DNA of 64,000 nt from Candidatus Vogelbacteria bacterium RIFOXYD1_FULL_51_18 (GCA_001823095.1 MHTL01000014.1:1881-65880); one strand, 5' to 3'. Counted from the first letter of the stretch, positions 41,639 through 50,596 are shown. Program-made: numbers and translations. Notes: generated by a model not told the origin, from the letters alone.

Positions 41639-42931
41639 TTATTTTAACAAGTCATCAAAGTCGTGTCTGATTAGATCTTCTTTCCGAAGAACGATCTGTT
41701 CCTTCTGATTCAGGTTGTCAGCGGATACACGGATAAGTTTTGTCATCAGGGTGTCACCAACAAGTTCATAGTTAATTTTCTTCAAATAGGCCTCGATTTT
41801 TTCGTAAAATAGAGAGGCGTATTCTTTCTGCTTTTTCTCTGATGTCGGTCTACTGCTAGAACCATTTGCTGAAAACTCGATGCTGTCACTCACTACGTTG
41901 TTGATTGGAAACGAAACCTCGATGTCTTTGAAAAGAAACCAGTACTCGCTCAAGTTATATATAATGCGCACGTGGTCGCCCTCTTTCGTGCTGTACTCAA
42001 AAATGAAAGAGAACACATCAGTCCGGAAGTCCTCGAACACTCGCACTCTTTCGTATTTTGATACGGTTCTGATTTTATATTTATCGCGTAGCTGAAAGAA
42101 AGTGTCGCGCCAGTTCGCAAGCCAGTTAGTGACGAAACGAGGGTCAAGAAAGAGCGGTGAGAGGTCATTTTTGAGATTTTCTTCGCTTACGTTGTTCATT
42201 TTTACCGCAAGTTTTGTGAACAGTGTCCGATAATCTTTTGCTTCTTCCACATTCTTTGCTTTGAGATAGTCAAGGTCGGGTACGATTTTCTTACTCATGT
42301 ACCAAAGTAAATCGTAGATGTCGCGCCCTTTTTCTTCATACACCGCCTCGCCGACGCCACGCGTTCCGCGAAGGAAAATTGCAGCGATTTTGCTCGCCAT
42401 AAGAGAAGAGAGGTTGTATGTCCGGATTACGAATGACAACTGTCCATGATTCTGCGGTATTCTTTCCGTAACAACGCCGCCGGGCGGTGCAAACTGATTA
42501 CAATCAACTTTCACATGAATCCATTCGGAAGCGTAGCCCTCAATCAAACTGCCAGCTCGGAATTTAAGCGTTATGCCTCGATTGTTCGTGATAGAGATTT
42601 TCAAAAATTCCGCGTCAACTCCATAGACTTTTGCGAAATGCTTTTCTGCCTCTTCTTTGAATTCGTTGAGAAAGTCGCTGTCAACCTTGTGGCTTACCTC
42701 AAAATCCAAATCAACGGACATTCGGTCGAGGTCATAGCAGATGCGAAGCGCTGAGCCGCCATACATTATCCATTTGTTATATTCCGGATGATGATAAGTG
42801 AAATCGAGGACATAGAACTGCAACTCCTCTTTAAGAACGTTGAGGCGCGTCTCGGGATCGGAAATGCTAACGCCATAGGTCGAAAGGCCATCAAGTTTGC
42901 TTTTCAGGACTGTTAGTATCTGATCACTCAT
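41639..42931 (-). CDS. AbiEii nucleotidyltransferase toxin with C-terminal extension
   Basis: YGGSALR...DRMSVDLDF; ASKIAA; KGRDIYDL. Confidence 0.9.
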   Translation of the reverse strand: MSDQILTVLKSKLDGLSTYGVSISDPETRLNVLKEELQFYVLDFTYHHPEYNKWIMYGGSALRICYDLDRMSVDLDFEVSHKVDSDFLNEFKEEAEKHFAKVYGVDAEFLKISITNNRGITLKFRAGSLIEGYASEWIHVKVDCNQFAPPGGVVTERIPQNHGQLSFVIRTYNLSSLMASKIAAIFLRGTRGVGEAVYEEKGRDIYDLLWYMSKKIVPDLDYLKAKNVEEAKDYRTLFTKLAVKMNNVSEENLKNDLSPLFLDPRFVTNWLANWRDTFFQLRDKYKIRTVSKYERVRVFEDFRTDVFSFIFEYSTKEGDHVRIIYNLSEYWFLFKDIEVSFPINNVVSDSIEFSANGSSSRPTSEKKQKEYASLFYEKIEAYLKKINYELVGDTLMTKLIRVSADNLNQKEQIVLRKEDLIRHDFDDLLK

Positions 42932-43541
42932 GGAGATATGTTTTTACTTTTTCATAAAATTTCTTCCGCTCCTCCTCGTCCATCTCATCAATATCTATCC
43001 GCAATTCTTTTACCATCTTTGTAATATCTTCAAACCGGACGCTTCGAAACTGATGCGTTCTGAAGTACAGCAAGTCGAATAGTGCTTTTGATGGAGAAGC
43101 AATAAAAAAATCAAATTTTCCTTTCACAAGAGAGTAATCCGAAAAGAGATTCTTATTGATTGACTGGTATGAAAAAGTCCCCGCCTTCGTTTCATAATCC
43201 CGTGTGATTTTCGGTGTAACCGACGTGATAGAGCGTATCGCTTCAGTGGCGAGATTATAATACTGGAGCGCAGTCCACGAGCTTACGTAGGAAGGCGTAC
43301 GGAGAATGTTTGCAAGGTAGAAAGAATACGAGATATCGCTTTTATTATCTGCAAAAAAATCGGCGGTAATATACAAGCCATTTTTCAGCGGCAAAATCTC
43401 TTTGCGCTTCAAAAAACGGCTGATGTATGTATTTACCGTACTATTTTTCAGCCCCAACTGACTACCAAGCTGGTATACTGTACTTTTGGTGAAATGGGGC
43501 AAACTATTAAGCTGTTCCAACAGATTTTTCTTGCTTTTCAT
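42924..43541 (-). CDS. AbiEi-type antitoxin
   Basis: LKNGLY, PSYVSSWTALQYY, ASPSKALFDLLY; overlaps abiEii. Confidence 0.88.
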   Translation of the reverse strand: MKSKKNLLEQLNSLPHFTKSTVYQLGSQLGLKNSTVNTYISRFLKRKEILPLKNGLYITADFFADNKSDISYSFYLANILRTPSYVSSWTALQYYNLATEAIRSITSVTPKITRDYETKAGTFSYQSINKNLFSDYSLVKGKFDFFIASPSKALFDLLYFRTHQFRSVRFEDITKMVKELRIDIDEMDEEERKKFYEKVKTYLHE

Positions 43542-44061
43542 AACTATGACAATAGTGTATCATATATGAAATGAGCAGTCAAAAGCTCATATAGCCCGCC
43601 CCGCCTTTTTGCCACCCCATTCCAATTCAAATCCCCCCCGCGAAAAAAATAAGAATGGAGAAGGGGCAAAAGGCGAGGGCGGAACGCCGAGGCTCTGCGA
43701 GGCGTTGGGCGGAATGGTTAGAGTCACCACAGAGTCCGAGCGTACGATTCAATCAGAAGCCACCACGCACGCGGAGCGTGCGATTAGTCATCAGTCGGAT
43801 TATTGCGAAAATATGTTCGAACTTTTTCTAACAAACACAGCAAACTTAGATACCCTTCGGAATTTTTGGAACCGAGGGGCGCGCTTCGCGCGCTGTATGG
43901 AAAATCGGCGAGGAGGGCAAAGGATTTTTTCGGAGTGGCAAAAAGCGCGCTTCGCGCGCAGGTGGGGGTTCCATGATGAGTACATCATTCAAAACAAAGT
44001 TTTGCGAGCCGACGGGCGGCAATTTCAAAGCGATTGAGAGCATAGCTTTCCCTTTTTCTAT

Positions 44062-45435
44062 ATGAATAAATTCTTTCTCTACGCGCGAAAATCTACCGAC
44101 GAGCCGGACAGGCAGATTTTGTCTATCGAAGCGCAGATACACGAGTTGAAAGAATTTGCAGAGCGAGAGCATTTGGAGATCGTGGACACTTTTATCGAGT
44201 CGCAAACGGCGAAGGAGCCGGGGCGACCTATTTTTAATCAAATGCTCTCGCTTATTGAAAAAGGGAAAGCCAATGGAGTTGTGGCGTGGCACCCAGATCG
44301 TCTCGCGCGCAACAGCGTTGATGGTGGGCGTATTATCTACCTTATTGACATCGCTAAGGTGGTTGCGCTCAAATTTCCGACTTTTTGGTTTGAACCCACG
44401 CCACAAGGCAAATTTATGCTCTCAATCGCTTTCGGGCAGAGCAAATACTATGTTGATAATCTTTCAGAGAATGTGAAGCGCGGTTTGCGACAGAAAGTGC
44501 GCCGTGGCGAGCAAAGCGGACAAGCGCCGACCGGATATTTGAATGATAAAGCGAATCGTGTGATCGTACCCGATCCGGCGCGCTTTAAGTTTGTCCGCGA
44601 ATTGTTCGAAGCATACGCCACGGGTTCACATTCTCTGAAAGAAACTGGGAATTTGCTCTCTGCCCGAGGCTTGGTTAGTCGGAACGGCAATGTGCTTACC
44701 ATTTCGAATATTCAAATGATTTTGCGTAATCCGTTTTACTACGGGGCGTTTAAGTTCAATGGCGAGGAGTATCAAGGTAAGCACAAGCCAGCGATAACAA
44801 AGAAACTTTTTGATCAGTGCCAAGCGGTGATGGCGCGAAAAGCGCACCCCACTAAGCGAGGCGAGCAAAAGCATATTCTTCGCGGAGTTTTTTCGTGCGC
44901 AGAGTGCGGTTGCGGTATCACAAGCGAAGTGCAGAAAGGTCATGTGTATTATCGGTGCACGAAAAAGAAAGGTATCTGCGCACAACCCTATGTCCGCGAA
45001 GAGTTGCTCGCCTCGCAAATCACCGAGTATCTGCAAAAAGTTTCTTTGTCTTCGGCGTGGGCAAATGAGATGCTTGCTCTCTTGGAGAAGGAGCAAGCAG
45101 AAACTACCCACGCCGATGCCGATTTCGTTCAAAATCTAAAGCTCAAAATTAAGGAGTGCGAGGAGAAGCTTGACCGGCTTCTTGACGCGCATCTTGAGCA
45201 AACGCTATCGAGCGAAGAATATGTCGCCAAGAAGCGCGTTCTCCTCGACTCTAAAATTGATTTTGAGCAGAAGTTGAAGGATTTTGAGCGAAACGGCAAT
45301 CATTGGCTCGAACCGGCCCGACAATTCGTTTTAGCGGCTCAACAAGCCAAAATTATCGCTTTGCAAGAAAATCCCGTCGCGGGACGGGATTTTCTCAAAA
45401 GAATTGGCTCGAACCACGTCGACAATTCGTTTTAG
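44062..45435 (+). CDS. Large serine recombinase; C-terminus frameshifted by a 101-bp duplication (would otherwise end at 45644)
   Basis: YARKST, DRLARN, ILRNPFYYG, Zn ribbon CAECGC..YYRC, coiled coil. Confidence 0.93.
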   Translation: MNKFFLYARKSTDEPDRQILSIEAQIHELKEFAEREHLEIVDTFIESQTAKEPGRPIFNQMLSLIEKGKANGVVAWHPDRLARNSVDGGRIIYLIDIAKVVALKFPTFWFEPTPQGKFMLSIAFGQSKYYVDNLSENVKRGLRQKVRRGEQSGQAPTGYLNDKANRVIVPDPARFKFVRELFEAYATGSHSLKETGNLLSARGLVSRNGNVLTISNIQMILRNPFYYGAFKFNGEEYQGKHKPAITKKLFDQCQAVMARKAHPTKRGEQKHILRGVFSCAECGCGITSEVQKGHVYYRCTKKKGICAQPYVREELLASQITEYLQKVSLSSAWANEMLALLEKEQAETTHADADFVQNLKLKIKECEEKLDRLLDAHLEQTLSSEEYVAKKRVLLDSKIDFEQKLKDFERNGNHWLEPARQFVLAAQQAKIIALQENPVAGRDFLKRIGSNHVDNSF

Positions 45436-45520
45436 CGGCTCAACAAGCCAAAATTATCGCTTTGCAAGAAAATCCCGTCGCGGGACGGGATTTTCTCAAA
45501 AGAATTGGCTCGAACCACGT
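45319..45520 (+). repeat. Exact 101-bp tandem duplication
   Basis: 45319-45419 = 45420-45520. Confidence 0.95.
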
Positions 45521-45629
45521 TTTGCGCTCGCAAGCGATTTGCTTTGAACCTAAAAAGTCGTGGAAAATTCTTGCCGATTTGCCCGCCGAGGGGCGAAGCC
45601 CCGAGGCGGAGAACTCGTATCATCCTATT

Positions 45630-45705
45630 TGGCTCCGCGGCTAGGGCTCGAACCTAGGACATCCTCGTTAACAGCGAGGCGCTCTACCAACTGAGCTACC
45701 GCGGA
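45630..45705 (-). tRNA. tRNA-Asn(GTT)
   Basis: TCCGCGG acceptor stem, TAGCTCAGTTGGTAGAGC D-arm, CCTCG-CTGTTAA-CGAGG anticodon arm, GGTTCGAGCCC T-arm, encoded CCA; 76 nt. Confidence 0.97.
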
Positions 45706-45770
45706 ATATATTTTTCCGCGGTAGCTCAGTACTGAGCCCTGCCTGTCGGCAGGCAGATACCGCAGAATAT
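45690..45770. repeat. Inverted and direct copies of the tRNA 5' end, one split by a 20-bp palindrome
   Basis: 45690-45706 is inverted at 45714-45730; actgagc[cctgcctgtcggcaggcaga]taccgcagaatat. Confidence 0.85.
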
Positions 45771-45868
45771 CGTTCTTAAAGAACCGAACTAAATGGTATC
45801 AAATTTCTCTAATTCGCGCGAATAAGCGAATAGTATATATGGAGCGGCAACGGTGCTACAATGAGGAA

Positions 45869-46513
45869 ATGTTTGAACCTAGCCAATGGACTACCTTTGC
45901 CAATCTTGTGCTCCAGCATCGGAATCCACGCGCCGAAGCAATCTTTGTCCACGCCTGGGGCGATCTGCATGATGAGCTCATCACCCTCACCGGCAAGTGC
46001 TATCATAGCTCTCGGCCACGGATGCTTATCCTCAACGCCCATGAGCACTATGAAATCGGCGGCCTCGGCATTGGGTACTGGCGCTCGGCGCTTATGGAGC
46101 GCTCCGGAATCCCTGCGGGAGCGATCCGCACCATCCCGCCAGCCGACCACACCGGCGCTGAAGCCGAAGCGCTGATGGAATATGCCAAGCAGGGAAAGCT
46201 CGCGTCTATTATTGTTATCTCGCACCCCGTGCATCTGGTCCGTGCCATGCTTACCCAGATTGGCGCCATGCACAAGCACGGATTGGACCTCACGCTCTAC
46301 CCGCAAACTCTCTCTCTTGTTGCATGGGATGAGGTGGTGGAGATTAGATCTTTGGCCAGCGAGGGGACCGAAACCACGCGGCGCATCGCCCGTGTATACG
46401 GGGAATGCGCACGCATTATGCAGTACAACCAGAAGCGGGGAAGCGGCGACGAGAGCTTTCCCATTGCCTCCATCAGCGAGGGCATTGAGTATTTTAAGAG
46501 CAAAGGCATATGA
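45869..46513 (+). CDS. YdcF/DUF218-like protein
   Basis: DHTGAEAE...[13 protein letters not shown]. Confidence 0.65.
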   Translation: MFEPSQWTTFANLVLQHRNPRAEAIFVHAWGDLHDELITLTGKCYHSSRPRMLILNAHEHYEIGGLGIGYWRSALMERSGIPAGAIRTIPPADHTGAEAEALMEYAKQGKLASIIVISHPVHLVRAMLTQIGAMHKHGLDLTLYPQTLSLVAWDEVVEIRSLASEGTETTRRIARVYGECARIMQYNQKRGSGDESFPIASISEGIEYFKSKGI

Positions 46514-47085
46514 AGATATTCTCGCAATCAGTAAAAGCGCATGCACTGGCCGCGGCGCTCGTATTTGCCATCGCTGCAGGGGCGGAGCTCTGGCTTGGGC
46601 GCATCCTTATCTGCGAGTGTGGGTACATCAGCCCCTGGTACGGCAACACCAACGGCCCCGGCAACTCGCAGCATCTTGCCGACTGGTACAGTTTCTCACA
46701 CATCATCCACGGCTTTCTCTTTTACGGCTTCCTTCATCTTGTAGCACGAAAACTTCCCGTGCAAACGCGGCTGGTGCTCGCGCTCATCATTGAGGCCGTC
46801 TGGGAGGTGCTGGAGAACTCGCCGATTATCATCAACCGCTACCGCGCGGCGACCATCGCGCTGGATTATGTGGGCGACAGCGTGATTAACTCTATGATGG
46901 ACATCGCCTTTACCGCGCTCGGCTTCTGGGTCGCGCGCAAAATTAAGCTCTGGCACAGCGTGGCGCTGATTATTCTCATGGAGGGTTTTGTGGGCTATGT
47001 GGTGCGCGACAACCTCACCTTAAACATCATCATGCTGATTTACCCGAGTGAGGCAATTAAAACATGGCAGATGGGCGCGCCCTGA
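46510..47085 (+). CDS. DUF2585 family membrane protein
   Basis: [42 protein letters not shown]. Confidence 0.9.
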   Translation: MKIFSQSVKAHALAAALVFAIAAGAELWLGRILICECGYISPWYGNTNGPGNSQHLADWYSFSHIIHGFLFYGFLHLVARKLPVQTRLVLALIIEAVWEVLENSPIIINRYRAATIALDYVGDSVINSMMDIAFTALGFWVARKIKLWHSVALIILMEGFVGYVVRDNLTLNIIMLIYPSEAIKTWQMGAP

Positions 47086-47142
47086 TTTGCTATACTACGA
47101 CCAAGGTCGAATTACTGGCAAATTTGCAGAATATTTCACCCT

Positions 47143-47682
47143 GTGAGACGGAATCTCCCGCTCTCATTCTATCGCCGTGATGCAGTCATCATAGCCGAGG
47201 AGTTGCTTGGCAAGTTTCTCGTGGGGAATCGAGGCGCGGAGAGCGCCGCGCGGCGCATTATTGATGTGGAAGTCTACGACGGGCCGGAGGACCTCGCCTC
47301 GCATGCCTCGCGCGGACGGACACCACGCACCGAGGTTATGTTCAGAAAGGGTGGCGTTTGGTACGTCTACCTGGTGTACGGGATGCACCAGCTCCTTAAT
47401 GTTGTAACTGGGCCGGAAGGTTACCCTGCCGCTATTCTCATTCGTGGCGTGGAGGGCGCAGAGGGCCCGGGGAGGGTGGGGAAGCTCTTTGGGGTGGAAA
47501 AAGCTCTCTATGGAGCTCCTGCGGCTCGCAAGAGCGGCCTCTGGGTTGAGGACCGAGGAATTGCCGTCCCCAAGGATTCCGTCACGCGCCTGCCCCGCGT
47601 GGGTGTGGCCTACGCAGGCGCATGGGCGCAGAAACCACTGCGTTTTGTCTGCTGTCGGCTGCACAAAAAAATACTACATTAA
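47143..47682 (+). CDS. mpg: 3-methyladenine DNA glycosylase (MPG)
   Basis: LLGKFL, EVY.GPEDLASH, YVYLVYGMH, GPG, RVGV. Confidence 0.93.
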   Translation: MRRNLPLSFYRRDAVIIAEELLGKFLVGNRGAESAARRIIDVEVYDGPEDLASHASRGRTPRTEVMFRKGGVWYVYLVYGMHQLLNVVTGPEGYPAAILIRGVEGAEGPGRVGKLFGVEKALYGAPAARKSGLWVEDRGIAVPKDSVTRLPRVGVAYAGAWAQKPLRFVCCRLHKKILH

Positions 47683-47735
47683 CATATTTGACAGAGAAGA
47701 GCTCTGGGACTCACTTAATTTTTTGTACAGAACAA

Positions 47736-47779
47736 AAATCATCACATCCTATCACGATCGTGATAGGATGTGATGATTT
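47736..47779. repeat. Perfect 44-bp palindrome, CACGATCGTG core
   Basis: aaatcatcacatcctatcacgatcgtgataggatgtgatgattt. Confidence 0.95.
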
Positions 47780-47821
47780 GTAACAATGCCTTTTTTATTT
47801 CCGATATGCTACACTTTTCTC

Positions 47822-48862
47822 GTGTTCTACCGTCATCTATTACGACCCATATTTTTTTTATTTCCTGCCGACTACATGCATACGCGCTTCCTTGTGCTGG
47901 GGAATCTGCTCGGACGTTCTCGTCTAGGAAGAACCGCGGTCTCGCTTGCCTACGGCTACCCGCACGGGGATGCGCGCGTTATTGTGGACGGACTTGCGTA
48001 TCACTCACCCGTGATGCTTTCCGCCGGCTTTGACTACAACGCGCGGATTATCTCCATCCTCCCCTCGCTCGGCTTTGGCGGGGTTGAGGTGGGCTCGGTC
48101 ACGGCCCGCGCGAGCGCGGGGAACAAAAGTCCCCAGCTTGTGCGGCTCCCGCGCTCGAAGAGCATCCTCGTCAACAAGGGACTCAAGAATGACGGCGTGG
48201 ATGCCATCATCCCGCGCATTCTTGCGGCGCGCATCCCCGATGATTTTGTCATTGGCGTAAGCGTAGCGCGCACCAATGACTCCGCCGCCGCAGACGAGAA
48301 TGAGGGGATTGCCGACTACTGCTATTCGCTTAAGGCGCTGTCAAAAGCAGGCGCGGGACGCTATTACACGCTCAATATCTCCTGCCCCAACTCGTTTACC
48401 GGTGAGCTCTTTAGCACGCCCCCAGCGCTTGACCGCCTACTCACTGTGGTGGATGTGCTCGCGCTTGCCCGGCCTCTCTACGTTAAACTCCCTATCTCAC
48501 TGCCGTGGGAGGACTTGCGCTTACTGGTTGACGTAATTCGCGCCCACAGGGTGGCAGGCGTGATTGTGGGCAACCTTCACAAAGATCATGCACTCCTCGC
48601 AGAAGGGGAACGTTCGCACGGCAGGCAGGGCGGAATCTCGGGAGCGCCGTGCCGTGAGACTTCCACTGAACTCATTAAAAAAATTCGGGCTACTGTTGCC
48701 TTCACCATTATCGGCTGCGGCGGCGTCTTTAGCCCCGAGCATGCGCGGGAAAAGCTGCGCGCCGGCGCCGACCTCATCCAGCTTATTACCGGCATGATTT
48801 ACGAGGGCCCTGGACTGATTGCAGACATTGCGCGAGATTATGCGAACAGCCCTCTTGTATAA
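47822..48862 (+). CDS. pyrD: Dihydroorotate dehydrogenase, class 2-like (start may be 47786)
   Basis: SAGFD, VEVGSVT, LNISCPN, GGISG, IGCGGV, QLITGMIYEGP. Confidence 0.92.
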   Translation: MFYRHLLRPIFFLFPADYMHTRFLVLGNLLGRSRLGRTAVSLAYGYPHGDARVIVDGLAYHSPVMLSAGFDYNARIISILPSLGFGGVEVGSVTARASAGNKSPQLVRLPRSKSILVNKGLKNDGVDAIIPRILAARIPDDFVIGVSVARTNDSAAADENEGIADYCYSLKALSKAGAGRYYTLNISCPNSFTGELFSTPPALDRLLTVVDVLALARPLYVKLPISLPWEDLRLLVDVIRAHRVAGVIVGNLHKDHALLAEGERSHGRQGGISGAPCRETSTELIKKIRATVAFTIIGCGGVFSPEHAREKLRAGADLIQLITGMIYEGPGLIADIARDYANSPLV

Positions 48863-48948
48863 AAAAGAGAGTGGGGTTCGATAGAGCATCTATCGGGACT
48901 ATATCCTTTGTGCTATAATGAGGCAAACGATCTTTAAGGAGGGATCAG

Positions 48949-49332
48949 ATGAGGCAAATCTTTGCGGCAACGCTCATAGCGCTCATTGTCGCGGCAATCT
49001 TTTTAACGCTCTGGTATGGCAACTATGCTTCACGGGCAGAGGCAAATGATGCAGAGGAGTCGGCAGCTATCGCGGCAGCCGAGTTTTTATCCGGAATGCA
49101 CTATGCATCCGGAGATGAGTTTCCGGTAAAGACCGAGGAGCTCTCTCAAGCCACGGTGCTGCGTTCCATTCCCGGACCGGGGAATCTGTATCGCTTTCTT
49201 GTTCGAGTCGGAAGCAATGAGGAAAAAGAAAACTTTGCCTGTGCGCTTGAGGATTTTTTCCCAGGCACCCGCGTTACTCTTTTCCGAGTGAGTTTGGAGG
49301 GGAGAAACTGTCAGTTCTACTATATACGGTAG
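48949..49332 (+). CDS. Hypothetical membrane-anchored protein
   Basis: N-terminal TM; promoter, AAGGAGG SD, terminator at 49344-49377. Confidence 0.65.
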   Translation: MRQIFAATLIALIVAAIFLTLWYGNYASRAEANDAEESAAIAAAEFLSGMHYASGDEFPVKTEELSQATVLRSIPGPGNLYRFLVRVGSNEEKENFACALEDFFPGTRVTLFRVSLEGRNCQFYYIR

Positions 49333-49384
49333 TAGAATACGACTTCCCCGTCCGCTATGGCAGGCGGGGAATTTTTATACACAT

Positions 49385-50182
49385 ATGAATACAAAAGAGT
49401 TACTGATGCGGGATAAGTATCACGGGCATGCCGATGCCGGCTCTTTGGAGAATGATTTAATGCGCATCGCAGCGGGGGAGCCAATTGACTACGTCATTGG
49501 CTGGAAGCCATTTTGCGGCATAGAGGCAGACCTCTCGTTGCAGCCGCTCATCCCGCGCGAGGAGACGGAATACTGGGTGAGTGAGTGCATTCGGTTTTTG
49601 GGAAGTGAGACCCGCCGCGGCGGGTCTCACTTCCAGAATTTGCGATGCTTGGATATGTGCACCGGCTCTGGATGTATCGCTGCCGCGCTCCTTAAGGCAT
49701 TCTCATTTGCATCTTGCGATTGTGTGGATAATGACCCACAGATGCTCAAAGCTGTGTGGCTCACGATGGAGCGCAATAGCATCTCACCCGAGCGCTACCG
49801 ACTCATAGAGAGTGATATGTGGGAGCATGTTGAGGGAGTCTATGACCTTATCTGCGCAAACCCGCCCTATGTGGGAGAGCAGGAAGAAGTGGGGGAAGGT
49901 GTGCGTGAGCACGAGCCGACGCAGGCAGTATTTGCGGGGGATGCAGGACGCGCGGCGCTCTCAAAATTTTTTGAAGGATTAGAGGAGCACTTGGCAGAGG
50001 GAGGCCCGCCCGTGCCGAACGGCACGTTCGAGCGTGGACTTGCTTACTGCGAATTCAGCCCCATGCAAGAAGCATGGGTGCAAGAGCATCTCACAACTCT
50101 CGCGTGCCAGGGAAAAATCTGCAGAGACCAGTATGGGCGCGCTCGATTCCTGCGTATGGGCAAGCGCGTTTTGTACGCATAG
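49385..50182 (+). CDS. prmC: Release factor glutamine methyltransferase (HemK)
   Basis: GEPIDYVIG, LIPREETE, LDMCTGSGCI, ANPPY. Confidence 0.92.
   Translation: MNTKELLMRDKYHGHADAGSLENDLMRIAAGEPIDYVIGWKPFCGIEADLSLQPLIPREETEYWVSECIRFLGSETRRGGSHFQNLRCLDMCTGSGCIAAALLKAFSFASCDCVDNDPQMLKAVWLTMERNSISPERYRLIESDMWEHVEGVYDLICANPPYVGEQEEVGEGVREHEPTQAVFAGDAGRAALSKFFEGLEEHLAEGGPPVPNGTFERGLAYCEFSPMQEAWVQEHLTTLACQGKICRDQYGRARFLRMGKRVLYA
49601..49634. repeat. Perfect 34-bp palindrome inside prmC
   Basis: ggaagtgagacccgccgcggcgggtctcacttcc. Confidence 0.92.
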
Positions 50183-50242
50183 AGAAACATGCTAGGATAG
50201 AGGGAGGAGTTTGAACCTTTGAGTAAGAAGGAGGGTTAGCAT

Positions 50243-50476
50243 ATGGCGGTAAGGGTAAGGGCTTCTAAGAGTTTTTTTGGGATTGGGCAGCATTCCTGCG
50301 GGGAAAAACTCATCGTTGTGCGGCGTAACGGTCGCTGCGAGCACTATCCGCTCACTGCGCAGTCAAAAAATGGCTTGCAGGGGGAGGCGCTAACCCGGTG
50401 CCCTCGTTGCGGTAAGAATTTTTGCACTCGCCACAAAAAACAGTGCCGCAGTTTTGTAACGCTTGATTCTTTTTGA
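50243..50476 (+). CDS. Small Cys/His-rich putative Zn-finger protein
   Basis: CPRCGKNFCTRH; AAGGAGG SD. Confidence 0.6.
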   Translation: MAVRVRASKSFFGIGQHSCGEKLIVVRRNGRCEHYPLTAQSKNGLQGEALTRCPRCGKNFCTRHKKQCRSFVTLDSF

Positions 50477-50596
50477 TAGTTCAATTTGACAGTTCAAGAA
50501 GATTCCACTTACGCCGCCACGGACCTCCGTCTACACATGGAATCCGCGGTGGCATTTTTTCTTGCAGAGTTTTATAAAATTTCATATACTTTAATT

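Larger units (their letters stand above)
40479..45637. mobile_element. Serine-recombinase integrative element at the tRNA-Asn 3' end, carrying TA/Abi cargo
   Basis: TTGGCTCC direct repeats at 40479-40486 and 45629-45636; recombinase gene; AT-rich cargo. Confidence 0.7.

Noticed and set aside
43609-44037. 142-aa ORF upstream of the recombinase as a recombination directionality factor
   Set aside because: TTG start, no SD, and composition dictated by hairpins; cannot be supported as a protein.
45319-45520. Repeat array or DGR template/variable repeat pair
   Set aside because: Exact two-copy tandem duplication with no adenine-specific mismatches; no reverse transcriptase in the window.
45714-45770. 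Second tRNA on the + strand
   Set aside because: Only the first ~16 nt match; no anticodon or T arm.
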